DNA of 63,863 nucleotides, the filler included, from Octopus bimaculoides (taxonomy: Eukaryota), in assembly GCF_001194135.2 (NCBI RefSeq). It is 6 parts of 5 records of this genome, joined end to end, with 100 filler letters (N's around TTAATTAATTAA, not from the genome) between each part and the next. Parts side by side here need not be neighbours in the genome. Positions count along the whole stretch, not along the records: positions 17,164 to 43,527 come from NC_068981.1; 5 more parts are not named here. One strand, given 5' to 3'. The notes beneath the pieces were generated by a model. That model made no database searches. It was not told the DNA's origin and worked only from the letters and a program-made list of their open reading frames with translations. This document shows positions 24,075 to 38,888 of the stretch, piece by piece. Numbering within the stretch: position 1 is the stretch's first letter; the number at the start of each line of letters is the position of its first letter. Both the position numbers and the translations under genes were made by a program.

Positions 24075-24320
24075 ACGAGGGTACATGGCCAAGTGGTCGG
24101 ATGTTGCACTAGCGATTGTGATTTCTATTTCTAGACTGGGTGGTGCATCGTGTTCTTGAGCAAGACACTTCATCTCACGTTGTTCTACGATCGCTTCGAC
24201 ACGTGACGCCTGGTGCGCAGTGCACCTGTTGAGACGTCGTCGATTTGATAGAGAGAGTGAACTAATGTGCGACACAAATAATTGATCGCTATAAACAAAT
24301 CACTTGTGCAAGGTGTTTGG
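24075..24320 (+). mobile_element. SINE of a second family
   Basis: TGGCCAAGTGGTCGG A-box-like head and GTGTTCTTGAGCAAGACACTT segment. Confidence 0.55.
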
Positions 24321-24419
24321 CAAAAGTTGAACGCCCGCACATCGACTTCAACGGTAGAGTCCATCACACACACACAGCAGTCGCCCATGCATACCAGCCT
24401 CCCCTCCTCACGCTACCGA

Positions 24420-24615
24420 TGTTATCCAAGGGAGAGATAAAGGCCGATACAGCTTGGCACCGGTGAAGCTGCAACCCATTTCTACAGCTGAATGAATTGG
24501 AGTAACGTGAAACAAAGTGTCTTGTTCAAGAGCGCAGCACACAGCTCTGTCCAGGAATCAAACTCACTACCTCATGATTGTGAGCCCGACGCTCTAACCA
24601 CTAAACCATATGCGT
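24420..24615 (-). mobile_element. SINE of a second family
   Basis: Minus head GCATATGGTTTAGTGGTTAGAGCGTCGGGCTCACAATCATGAGGTAGTGAGTTTGATTCC is tRNA-like. Confidence 0.7.
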
Positions 24616-24826
24616 TCACGCATATCCCAGTCGGTTGCGCACAAGACTTTTAAGTCCTCTCATATATAATGGCTGCCCCTTCGTTATCGAGTATGGCTAT
24701 AAACGTGGTCCAATCGATGTTTTGGTTAATCTGTGCTTTTGTCCTTTTTCTAATTACTTGCATTAGTTATATATATATATATATTCAATATATGTATATA
24801 TATATATAGAAAGAGAGAGATATTCA

Positions 24827-24870
<44 letters not shown>

Positions 24871-25321
24871 TATGCGTTGAAATAAAGATTTTTCGAATGA
24901 TTTTTCATTTCAATCACTAATCAAATTAGCAAACAGGAAAAAAACTTGAATCAAAAGTTTGACTTTTGTCAGCGGTGTATTTACTTAAAATCTACTTTAC
25001 TCCGAGTTACTACTAAATTAGCATCATGTCATATTAATATGAGAATATCATGAATGCTGTTGTATATAAATAGTTTCATACATTAAATTGGAAACAAAGA
25101 ATAACGATTCAACTTCAGTGTTTCAATTACTTTAAATAGCAAAATTTGCACTTACAAGTAAAATATAGATGATTCTCAGCACGTTGTTTTATATATATAA
25201 TTAAACGAGTTCTTAAGATAAATGGGTGATGTCGGAGGTGAATGTGATAGTTATGATGAGGTAATATTACTGTTAAAGGGGTTGTTCTTAATAAAGTAAA
25301 AATTGATATTTAAAATGACGG

Positions 25322-25472
25322 CTAAGGCAGAGTGCTGGCAGAATCATTAGCACGCTAGGCGAAATGCTTAGCGGCATCTCGTCGGTCGCAATGTTTTGAG
25401 TTCAAATTCCACCGGGACCGACATTACTTTTCATCCTTTCGGAGTCGATTAAATAAGTACCAGTTGAGCACT
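25322..25472 (+). mobile_element. SINE fragment (third family)
   Basis: GGCAGAGTGCTGGCAGAATCATTAGC...GAGTTCAAATTCC...TTTCATCCTTTCGGAGTCGATTAAATAAGTACCAGTTGAGCAC; its 3' part recurs at 31950-32065. Confidence 0.65.
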
Positions 25473-27108
25473 AAGAAAACTATGGTAATCTTAAAAGTAA
25501 CAGTTATGATAAATGTAGTGTTCGCGTCATATTTAAGGACGATGGTTGAGTTTATGTTCATCGTATCGGTCAGAGGGTATTGTGATGGCGGAATGAGGGT
25601 GATGATGAAGGTGGTGGTGGTCATCGGCGTCGTTGTCGTTGTTGTTGACCTTGTTGTGGTGTTGCTGGGTGTTAGTGGTGGAGCTTATCGTGGTGAAGAT
25701 TATAGCTTGCTTGATAGTGGTAGTGATTGTAGATGTAAATGTATCTGATAGTGACGGAAATGAAGGAGGTTTTTCTAGAGATGAAACAGAGGTACATTTG
25801 ATGTTGATGGTAGAGCTAATGATGTTAGTAATACAGGATAGTGAAGTTGAAGTTAATGATCATGATACAAGTGTTTACATTAAATGCGATTTGAACTGTA
25901 ATAAGTGAGTTTTAGAGGTAGAAGAAATAAAAATTGTATAAGTAATGGTATATTAATAATACTAATAGTATAAGTAAAGGATTATTGTTTACTTGTTAGA
26001 GTGCTAGGCTCACGAGCATAGAGTAATGCGTTCTATTTCTCGACCAGGCTAAGTGTTAGTTCTTTGAGCAAAGAGCATCATTTTGCGTTGTTAACATCCA
26101 TTCAGCTGAACAGGAGTAGCAACAGCAGCATAGGTTAACTTTGTGTTCGTCTGAGAAGACAGCAACCAAACTTATGGCGTAGCAGACATATAGTTCTTAT
26201 GAGAACTTGAATGAGTCATAGAGGCATTTCAATACATTGGAAATATATTACACGAAATGGCTTAAGAAAAATAATGCGAATTTACTTGCAGAAAAGACGG
26301 GAAAATATCAGAATACTCGAACAACCCAATGTGTCTGAGATGAAACTATAAATACGCGACGTTTTCTACGATGTGATAGTCGCGTTATGAAGAGCTATCG
26401 ATTGATCAAGCAATTATCTTACTCAAAGCATATAGAAAGAAACTAGACACAACGACGAAGAAAGTAGCGGCTCAGAGACAAGCTGACAGGAAATTTATAA
26501 CAGGGTGGTATCTTTATGTACAACTGAAAATCGTTAGAGATTAATCAATACAACTAGAGTCGAGTGATCTATGGTGGATCCCGACAATTAAACACAGCGC
26601 GAGCCCAATATCTCAATGATAAACGTCTCCATAGAAAATAACAAGAAACGGCCAACGTAATATTTATTTTCCCCGCGAGACAACAAATGCTTAACTCAGA
26701 ACCAGGTTTGTGGAACACAGTGTCTACGAAAGTTAAACCTCGGGGACAAGAAGCCTAAGTCTTAGGGTTTCAAAACGACACACATGTATATGAGAACCAC
26801 ATGTATATGCAAAGTCGAGGCGGAGGATTGCGGTTGTGACTTTGTGTATTGATGGTATTCTAATTAAAGTAATATAAAAATACGATGGTCTCGTGGTAGG
26901 ATCTAGATTACTATAAAATATTTGGGCCCACATTGAAAATAACAATGGTAATGTGGCTAATGTGGTCCTCAGTACAACTGTCTAAAAATGATATACTTTA
27001 AAAGCATAACTGCTACTATATAAAGTCACTTCTACCAGAGTCTACACTTTACACATATACACATAGCAGGCAATGCATGTGTATAATATTGTCAAGATAT
27101 ATAAAAGT

Positions 27109-27169
<61 letters not shown>

Positions 27170-27332
27170 TACCACATACGTACATAAAAAACACACACAT
27201 ACAAATTATACAGGCATTACACGTAAGCAGACGATACTCAATCAAAAAATGAAAAGACGCACGTCACCCCCCCCCACACACACACTTACATACATACATA
27301 TATATATATAACATACGTGTGTTTGTATATAC

Positions 27333-27378
<46 letters not shown>

Positions 27379-28506
27379 CTGAAAATACATCTTGATGGGA
27401 TTTAAGTGACAAATAACAGTCATTAACAGATAAAAGGATTCAGGCGGCTTCAATGCTGACAAATTACAGACAAATTTACTGCACGTAGGATTTTACTGTG
27501 ACTTGAAGATTCGCTTCTCTTAACTGTTTGATAAAGCCTCGAGAGAAATAACTTAAAGTCACAAGCAACTCCTACAAATACAATACGTATATACTTGCAC
27601 ATATATATATGTGTGTGAAGACACACACTTATGCATATGTGTGTGTGTAGAGAGAGAGAGAGGTGAAGAGACAGAAGGCGGGAAAGATAAAGAAAGCTGT
27701 CATTCATCTTATTAATATAGTAAAAATCTATAATCTTGAAGTTGTTGCTCACTTATTTTTTTTTATGTAGCAGTCTCAATTCAAATATTGTATCAATGAA
27801 TTCTGTTGCACCACAAATAAACCACATTAAGCTAGAATCACCAAACCATCATAACTTATATTACATTACCCTGCATACAATTATGATGAATAACTCCCAA
27901 ACCAATATAATGAAGCACATATCCAAATATAAAAAAAAAATGCAGATATATAAATACGAGGTGGGAAAATATTCACCTAAATGCACGTGCTTAAAACTTA
28001 CACTTATTTAAACCAACGCATAATATATGCGTTTGCTTTCTTTCTTGCGATGGCGAAGTAAGTACTTAATCATTATTTATCAAATAAAGCAATTGACGAA
28101 AATTGTGACTTCTGACTTCAATGATCACGTATTTTTTTTAATGCCGACATTGAGTTGTTTGAGGAATTTTTGTTGCTTTTTTTTTCTTCATACAATAAAT
28201 TATTTTCATTACTTTCGATCGAATAGCTGTTAATAGGATAAGGGTTTTAATAAATTAAATATTTTGATTGTAAGCGATTATTATAAGAGATTAGTATTGG
28301 GCGATGGGGTATCTTGTTTCACAGCCTTTCGCTTTTAAACTTTTCAACTTAATTACCACAGACTATCAGATTCCAAAGTAACCCAAATGAGAATCGATAG
28401 GACATACGAATAAACACTGCGGGAATAATTGATAAAATATTCGATATAGAGTTACTACTAAAATTAAATTTGTTTCACTTATCCTTTCGTAATTATAATG
28501 TGTGGC

Positions 28507-28583
<77 letters not shown>

Positions 28584-31500
28584 TGATGATGATAATAAAA
28601 AACATTGAATCAATATGTCCTAGAGATTTTTACTCACCATTAAATATTTAAGAGATTACATCTACATAGCTGTCATACTTTTGAACGTGTAAAATAAATC
28701 ATAAAACTGCCAACTGCTTGAAAAGTATTTTGTGGCAAACACACCATCGTTCAAAAAACTTTTTAAGAGAGAATTCACAAAATAAGTTCTCATACTTGAT
28801 ATAGTTATCAATGTAAGGAGGTAGGGTTGTTTAGGAACGACAGTTGGTGTTTGAAAAATATGATGAAATTATTTTTTTCCTACACAACAAATGATTGAAG
28901 CAAACAAGAAATTGATAGTAGATAGAATGGAACAGGTTTTAGCAATACACGAGTGAAATTTTAAGGTGTTTTCAGAAATACATGTATGCAGCTGATACTG
29001 GTAACGAACTTTTAATCTTAAGCAACATATTAATTTAAGCACAAAAACTATGTTTCGTAAGAAAATTGCTTCCAGAACATAGGGTTTTGGATTCAGTTCA
29101 GTCCCACCTCGTGGCAACTTCAGCAAGTGTCTTCAGCTATAAGCTGAACCAAAATCACTTGCATTATAGCTTTGAAAAAAGAACTGATAAAATCGAACTG
29201 CACTCTTCAAAACTTGCACTAAGAGTAAGGGCAAAGTAAAATTACCGTCTGCTTTTATAGCAAGTTGATGCAGGTATTTTATCCCGTCCCCACCGATTTT
29301 TGGTCCATGCAATTGAAAAGAACCGCATTATTTATGGGATGACCCGATACATATATCACGTGTATACCTACTTGTGAGTGTCTCTATATCTTTGTGTGTG
29401 TTTGTGTGGTGTGTGTTTGTGCGTGTGTGTTTGCGTGTAGTCTGAACGGCGACCCTATAAGAGATCTGGAACTTCGAGTGCGTATGCCAGTGGTGTTACG
29501 TGTGGAAAGGCCTTGAATTTGTATTCTCGAGTTCCGGCATATACGTTCGTGCTATAAAAATGTACTGCCGACAATTAGCAACTGTCTGCCAACTTTATCA
29601 CAACATAAGCTTATGAATGTACGCTATACCACCAATGTTGAATTTTCTAAATAAATAACGGGTAGTGACACAATTAAATGATGTTACTAAGCGATATGTG
29701 CATAGAACAAATTCCCCTTTGTGGGCGAAAACCACTATTTTCTACCTTTTCTAAAGTTATACATTCATAGAATATTTTCAGTTTCAACTGTGTACGTTTT
29801 GGTAAATCTGTTCGTTTTTGAAAACACTATATTCTTTTAATGTTTACTTTCCCATGCTTGCATAGGACGATCTGAATTCGTGAAGGCAAATTGTCTACGG
29901 ACCAATGTCTTTCATATCTCCAACAGTTACTTACTTCCAAGCATAGTAACCATCCATGATTCTGTCGAACAAAACGGCCCGGGCGTTCCGAACCTCCTTT
30001 GTTTACAAGGGGTCTATTTGTTTCCTTGGCTGTTTGTTTTTGTCAGGACATATCAAAGAAGCTCGGACGTGCTTTCGTAGTTAACTGCAAACATACAACA
30101 CAGTTTTAATAGAGAGACTTTCGTCTTGATTCCACTCAACGAACGCAGAAAGACAAGAAGATATCACTCTCATGCTCATCTCCCTCGCGCGCTTGCATAC
30201 ACACACACGATCTATATATACACTCACTCACTCACACAAACAATGACAAGCTTCTTCAATTTCTGCATACCAATTTTACTCCCAAAATGTTGGACGACAC
30301 GTGGCTAAAATATAGATCGTCAGCTAACAACCATTGCGCAGTGGGACCATACCGCTTAAGCAAAAATAACTGAGAAATCTACTGAGGAAACCAAATTGTT
30401 ACTTGATCTGACAGTAATAGCAAATTAATCTTCCCAATATCGCGCTTTGCCACTGGATAACGTAATTCTTATATATGAGAAAAGACACCACAGTTCTTAC
30501 TGTTTAAAAAGCTGATTGGGGGCTCAAGATAAGAAAAAAATAAAACAGCAATAACTATCAGAGCAAGTAGTATATAAGTAATGAATTAAGTAGGCCTTAA
30601 TACTTAGCAATATAAGACTTAGGAAAAGCAAGCAAAAGGCGAAAATTTTTCTAAATTAGAAATGTATTGTCTACACTGCTAAATGCATACGTGCAAGAAT
30701 ATACGAAACAGTGGAAGAATATACGAAAAAACCCCCAGAATATACGGAAGCGAAACAGCGAAAGAATATACGTAAGAAAAGAGAAACACTTTTAAATAGG
30801 TTAAAGATACCTTCTTTAAAAGTTACAAAATCAAAGTTTTCCTTGAGGCTTTTAAGAGATATCTAAGTGCAGTAGTTGCTCAGGTATCAGATTAACCATC
30901 TGAAACCGTTAATGATAGATCTGTCTCTACCTATCAGTCTGTGAAATCCCTCCAGCTATTGTCCAACTATCTCTCGTTGCTATAAAGATATCTACTTGTA
31001 TGAACTTATAGCTAGTTGGATTCCACCTGTACACAATTTCACACGATCTTTCTTTCTTTCTTACGCTTGACAACCTTGCTGCTCCTAGCACTTTAATCTC
31101 TACGCAAAATATTTTTCTATTTAATCAATCCACCCAACTCTAGCAATTCACCGGAAAAAAATAATTTGCTTATATTTCTCTTATATACACCAAATTGTTC
31201 TTCCTCGTGTAATATAACGCCAAACTGGTGGCTGTCTTTAAAGGTATCAATGATGTTCCTGTCTTTCTCACTAATTCATAATAGAAGATGTCGTGTAACA
31301 GGCGCTGATGCACTTACCAGAAATTGGCAATGAAAATAATTCGCAAAATATTTTGAGGCTAATATAATATAGAATTTAAAATTACAAAACAAGAAATGAG
31401 TAACAACGACTGAAAGAACATTCCAGTGTGGCCTTACGCGTGATGGCTAAAATTCAACGATTTCTTCCTTTCTTTCTTTCTTTCTATCTTTCTTTACCTC

Positions 31501-32069
31501 TCCCTTTCTTTCTCTGTATGTATGTATATATAGACAGATAGATAGATAGATGTGTATATGTATATGTATGTATATATATATATATATATATNNNNNNNNN
31601 NNNNNNNNNNNNNNNNNNNNNNNNNNNNNNNNNNNNNNNNNNNNNNNNNNNNNNNNNNNNNNNNNNNNNNNNNNNNNNNNNNNNNNNNNNNNNNNNNNNN
31701 NNNNNNNNNNNNNNNNNNNNNNNNNNNNNNNNNNNNNNNNNNNNNNNNNNNNNNNNNNNNNNNNNNNNNNNNNNNNNNNNNNNNNNNNNNNNNNNNNNNN
31801 NNNNNNNNNNNNNNNNNNNNNNNNNNNATATATATGCAATTATAAATAAGGACAAAAGAAAATAATTTCCTATTCCAATATTTTGAAAATTAGACTTTAG
31901 ATCGTCTAACCACATACAATAATTTTCACTATAAATACACAGCCCATGCCAACTTTGTCTTTCATCCTTTCAGGGTCGATAAAATAAGTACCAGCTGACT
32001 GGAGTCGATGTTATCGACTCATCCCCCATGTTCCACAAGCTGCCCTTGTGGGGGAATAAAAGGAATTTT

Positions 32070-33063
<994 letters not shown>

Positions 33064-34369
33064 TTATTTTATTTATGAATGCGTGTACGTTGTAATTAGT
33101 GGATTTCGAAGGTTGAATTGAGAATTTAAATTTCGACATCAGCAATGTTTGCAACATTGAAAATGGTGCACAAGTTACTCTTCAGTTTAGGTAGTGTTAA
33201 CTGTTTGCTCTTATCAAATTATCTATCTTCTGCTTTACGTACATATATCCGAGTTTTTCTTTATCTTTTGATTTATTTGATTTACACACTAACTTTTCGT
33301 TAATTGTTTCGTTGTATCTTCCATGTAACTAGCAGTAATGTCTTTGTTAATTTATAATCGAACATATACACATTACTCTGACAATCAAATTATATATACC
33401 ACCTGATCGTATCTTTGCCATTCGTTAGTGATAATATCATAAATATTTGTTGCTGTTTTTTTACTACAAGGCTAAGTGTTCATTCAATTTCTCTTTCTCT
33501 TCTATCGCTTTCTTCCTGTTGGCTTCCCTCCCTATCTCCCTGCCTCTCTTTCTGTCTCTCTCCTAAATTCCACGTTTTGAATTCTAATTATACACAGTGC
33601 TCAAGTCTTTCTTGTCAAATTACTGAAGTAAATTCTAAATTCTAAACACATTTTGATAGTTCTACACATACTTATCAAATATACACAACGGATAACATTG
33701 AAACAATATCTTAGGTGCATGTAGAGTTCTTATACGATGAATGTACTCATGATTAATTATTGGGTTTCGTATTTTGCTCGACTTTGCAGAATCAAAGGTG
33801 AGGATTCATAAAAGCTTCTTTTAAATACTGGACATTGAATGGGAAATCGACATGGACATAGCTTGGCTGGTGAGGGGGGCGTCAAGATATAGAATCTCAA
33901 TTGATAATATTTTACCCCAAGAATCCTTGTTATATCCTAACATTTTATTTCATCATATAGTATGATATTTTATCATATAATATGTACTATCATATATTAT
34001 ATACAACCATATACAATATCATCATATCATTTATTATTGTACCATGTTATACAATATGATATCTTATTTATATTCTAACATCACATTACTATCACGTCGT
34101 ATCTTAAATCAGCATACATTTTAAAAGATGTTACATATAATATATATATCAATATTTCATAGTACATCTTGTATGTTCTACTACCAGGATGTGTCACAAG
34201 TGTTTTTTGGATTTTCACTGATGTTATTTGGCAACTTGCATTTATACGTTATGTCATTAATTTGATACAACTTGTTATTCAATCGTTGCTGAACTGTTTA
34301 GACATTATTTTAATACATACTATATAAACATCAATTGATTATACTTTATTTTATAGCTATCTATGGAAA

Positions 34370-34965
34370 ACAGGAATGGGGCAAGAGTAGTAACAAAAGA
34401 AATTAATGATGTGGAAGGCCTAGGAACTGTCAACGAACGTGTAGCAAAAAACTGGTTCATACGTTTCACGGAGAACTTCTGTTATGGTAAATGAGGCCTT
34501 CTTTGAAATCCATGGACAACAGCGAAGCACAAACATTCGTACATTGTCTGCAGAACTTGCTCCTTTACAAGACATCATCAATCGACAAATCCGTAAGCGT
34601 CGTCTTGTGAAAAGACGCTGTCAAGAAATTCCACATGAACTGACCTTTCACAGGTTCAGCGACGTGTGAACATTTGCAAACAACTGCTAGAAAATCCTCG
34701 AGATAGCCAATGCTGGCGTCGAATTTTTGCTAAGGATGAAAAATAAATCTAAATTGGTAATCTTGTGAAGAGAAAGCAGTGGCTTCGTTAAGACAAGCTT
34801 TAGAAACTGCGTTAGACAAGGACGATTTGAACAGGAAGACACGTCGTGTGTTTGGTGGAATTTCGAAGGAGTGTTGCACTTTGACATTTTCCTAAATTGT
34901 AAACGTTAACCGTTATGCTCAACAACTGTAGCAAGTACATCGTGCTTTGAAAGACCGCTACCAGG
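34370..34965 (+). mobile_element. Heavily decayed mariner transposase fragment
   Basis: EINDVEGLGTVNERVAKNWFIRF (HTH), IPHELT (cf. WVPHEL), and CVWWNFEGVLHF...YAQQL motifs. Confidence 0.7.
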
Positions 34966-35063
34966 ACCTTCCACATGTATAGTGTTGTATATCTTCCCCG
35001 CCTACAGTCCGAGGGGCGACGTGTTAACCTCAGTCTCTTCTATTTGCTAATTTGCTGCATTGA

Positions 35064-35151
<88 letters not shown>

Positions 35152-35731
35152 GTCTATCTATCTATCGATCGATATATAGATGGATACATTGATAGATAGG
35201 TAAGTAGGTAGGTAGTTAGGTAGGTAGGTAGGTAGGTAGGTAGGTAGACAGATAGACAGACAGACAGACAGACATATAGAAAGACGGACAGACAGACAAA
35301 CAGACAGACAGAGATATTCTCGGCGTAATAACCTTAGGGTGTACTTTCCAAAACTCCTGAACGTGTATACGTTACGAAATGCAGTCATACAGTCGGACTT
35401 CTGCATTTACCTGATATACCTATGGAAATCAGTGAATACTCGCAGCTTTTATGCGTAAGAATTTTAATTCTGGAAGATAGAATGAACAAGCTTTATTCCA
35501 AGTCTCTACAATTGTTTCTGCGCATCATTATCATGATACCACAATAGCTGTGTACCTGAACCCGTCCAGGTGACTAGGGTCCAGAGCACTGCTGTATACA
35601 CATATATGTATATGTGTGCGCGTACGTATTTCATCATTACATCATGTTAAACCGTTAATCCTACGAAAACACCTGCCTGTTGTCTTCGCCTTCGTCTTTT
35701 GTTTTCTATAATTTTGAACCCCATATATATT

Positions 35732-35767
<36 letters not shown>

Positions 35768-35777
35768 CGCGCGCGCG

Positions 35778-35815
<38 letters not shown>

Positions 35816-36271
35816 TATTTTACACTACCATATCTTCTTTATTATCAACACTGCTCTATTATCAACAGGTATTTAAGAATCAAAACATGAGGCCCTTAAG
35901 CAGTCACTTGCTCTACAACTCGTAATAAACAAATATCCTTCATTACATCCCAATGTTTGAGAAGTGACAAACACATTCTACTATGTAGTCAAAGAGGCCA
36001 TGAGAAAGATCGGATTATCACAACATGATTGAATACTTATCATTGTGAATCACACTGATTAAACAGAAATACAAAAATTAGTTGCTGAAACTCAAACGAG
36101 TAATATAATGTTACAACGAACGAGAAATATCTTCAGTTTGTTGGAAGGAAAATATACAGAACTGGTTTCTCATCCTATAGAAAGAAACGCATAAGTTCTG
36201 ATTTCCCACGAACTAGAGTTCTACTAATTTCTGTAGTAGATGCTTCATTGAAATATACATGCATACATACA

Positions 36272-36307
<36 letters not shown>

Positions 36308-37913
36308 TATATATATNNNNNNNNNNNNNNNNNNNNNNNNNNNNNNNNNNNNNNNNNNNNNNNNNNNNNNNNNNNNNNNNNNNNNNNNNNNNNNNNNNNN
36401 NNNNNNNNNNNNNNNNNNNNNNNNNNNNNNNNNNNNNNNNNNNNNNNNNNNNNNNNNNNNNNNNNNNNNNNNNNNNNNNNNNNNNNNNNNNNNNNNNNNN
36501 NNNNNNNNNNNNNNNNNNNNNNNNNNNNNNNNNNNNNNNNNNNNNNNNNNNNNNNNNNNNNNNNNNNNNNNNNNNNNNNNNNNNNNNNNNNNNNNNNNNN
36601 ATATATATATATGTGTACATACGTACATACATATATCGTATGTGCGTACGAATGCATATATGCATAGAAACGCCTTTTTCTTTGGTGCATATTTAAACAC
36701 TTATTGTATTCATCATTTTTATTACATTATTGCAGTCACAGTCATGAACGCTGCTTTACTCGAGCTCTTCTTATGCCCCATTATCATCATCATCATCATC
36801 ATCATTATCATTATCATAACCGTCATCATCGTGGCCGTCGTCATCATCATTATCGCCATGGTCTGATCGTAACCATTGTCAGCTTATTTAATATAGTTAT
36901 TGTTTTTTAATAACGCAACCATAATTATTCCTACATCGCATCATGTCTTTCGTGATCTTAAGGACAAAATTAATGCTGTATAATGGACTTGAAAATTTAG
37001 TGAAATGAACCGTTTTATTAGTTTGTACTATTGTGTTTCATGTATAGGCAAAAATCAGCATTTCACTAAAACTTTACACATTAGGCCCAAAAATTTCAAT
37101 TCAAGGCCTTTTTTAAAGTTTATTTCGTACTCATATTTCGCTGTAATAGAATAATATGCATGTATACAACGTGCCAAATCATACATACGTACAAAACTGT
37201 ATACACACTCACACACACACATATATATATATATGTGTGTGTGTGTATATAATACTTATACACATATATTTAGTTTATACATATGTACATATGTACATAT
37301 ATATCTATATATTCATATATATATATATANNNNNNNNNNNNNNNNNNNNNNNNNNNNNNNNNNNNNNNNNNNNNNNNNNNNNNNNNNNNNNNNNNNNNNN
37401 NNNNNNNNNNNNNNNNNNNNNNNNNNNNNNNNNNNNNNNNNNNNNNNNNNNNNNNNNNNNNNNNNNNNNNNNNNNNNNNNNNNNNNNNNNNNNNNNNNNN
37501 NNNNNNNNNNNNNNNNNNATATATATATATATATATACATATATCATTTGGTTGAAATCGAATTCTACTGCTTGGAGAGGAGGTAAAATAAAACCTATCA
37601 GTAATAGTGCCGACTCTGAAAGAATATGGGAGATAATATCAAGAAATTAATTTCCTAATTTAATTTAAATATTAAGGGAAATGACAGTCCAATCTTACTT
37701 AAAAAAATTAATTCGATTTAGAAACTAATTCTGATTATCAAGAATTGGATATTTATTGCATACGACATCTACCCTTTGAGATATTTATCCAAATTTATGC
37801 CACAAGCTTTTCAAATTATTTCCCAGAAGTTTTCGTTCTTCAAATTATTTTGATCAGTCGTGTATGCAGCAGCATTGTATTTGTAAAAATTTATCCACTC
37901 ATCTGCAATCACG

Positions 37914-37962
37914 ATTAACGTCACTGACGAAGTCAGACAAACCGAAACATGTGTCGGTTGTT
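37914..37962 (+). ncRNA. Decayed type I hammerhead motif
   Basis: CTGACGA-AGTCAGACAAACC-GAAAC(ATGT)GTC; stems I and II poorly paired. Confidence 0.4.
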
Positions 37963-38405
37963 ACCGGTTTGCGCGAAAGGTATGGAAGAATTATTTTAAG
38001 TAACTACTTTAAATTATCTTAAGAAATCAATCACAAAAAGATGATGGAACATGAGATACCAACTATTTATTTCTAGTAAAGGTCTTGTATTTTTAACAAT
38101 CGATTTATCTGATACGAATTATAGGGTGTAGACACGTTTTGAATTGTTATGACTTCTTTTGGACCCGATATTTATTATCATAATCCATAGTGACATTTTG
38201 CAATGAATCTGAACGGAGAAGTTAAATAGAACTCAACAATATGCTTAAGAAATCTGAATCGGTATATTTGTAAACGAAGACGTGACGTACAAAGTCAGCC
38301 GTTTTATCTCGTACGAACTTATATGCTTATATGTGTATATGCGATTGCCTATCTATATATGAATATATAAGTGTGTGTGTGCGCATGTGTGTGCATGCGC
38401 ATACG

Positions 38406-38443
<38 letters not shown>

Positions 38444-38631
38444 GATCTTGTTGCTTGGCAGCCCACAAAGAATCAGACCTGTCGTTCTGGCAATCCTGAG
38501 AATTCTAGCAATCCAAAGAATCATTAGTTTCGAACGTGTAAATTCTACTACAGGTATTGAATACTTTTCTCCAGTTAATGCATCTAAGCATACGCACACG
38601 CGCGCGCGCGCAGGCACACATTCAAACTCAT

Positions 38632-38729
<98 letters not shown>

Positions 38730-38816
38730 CGAGTGAGAGAGATAGATACTAAGATATATGCAGACGCATACGTATATGAATAAATACACACGTGTTCACA
38801 AACGCAAACACTCACG

Positions 38817-38888
<72 letters not shown>

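Noticed and set aside
33120-33190. CTGAAGA...CGAAAT on the minus strand as a hammerhead
   Set aside because: No stem I or stem II pairing.
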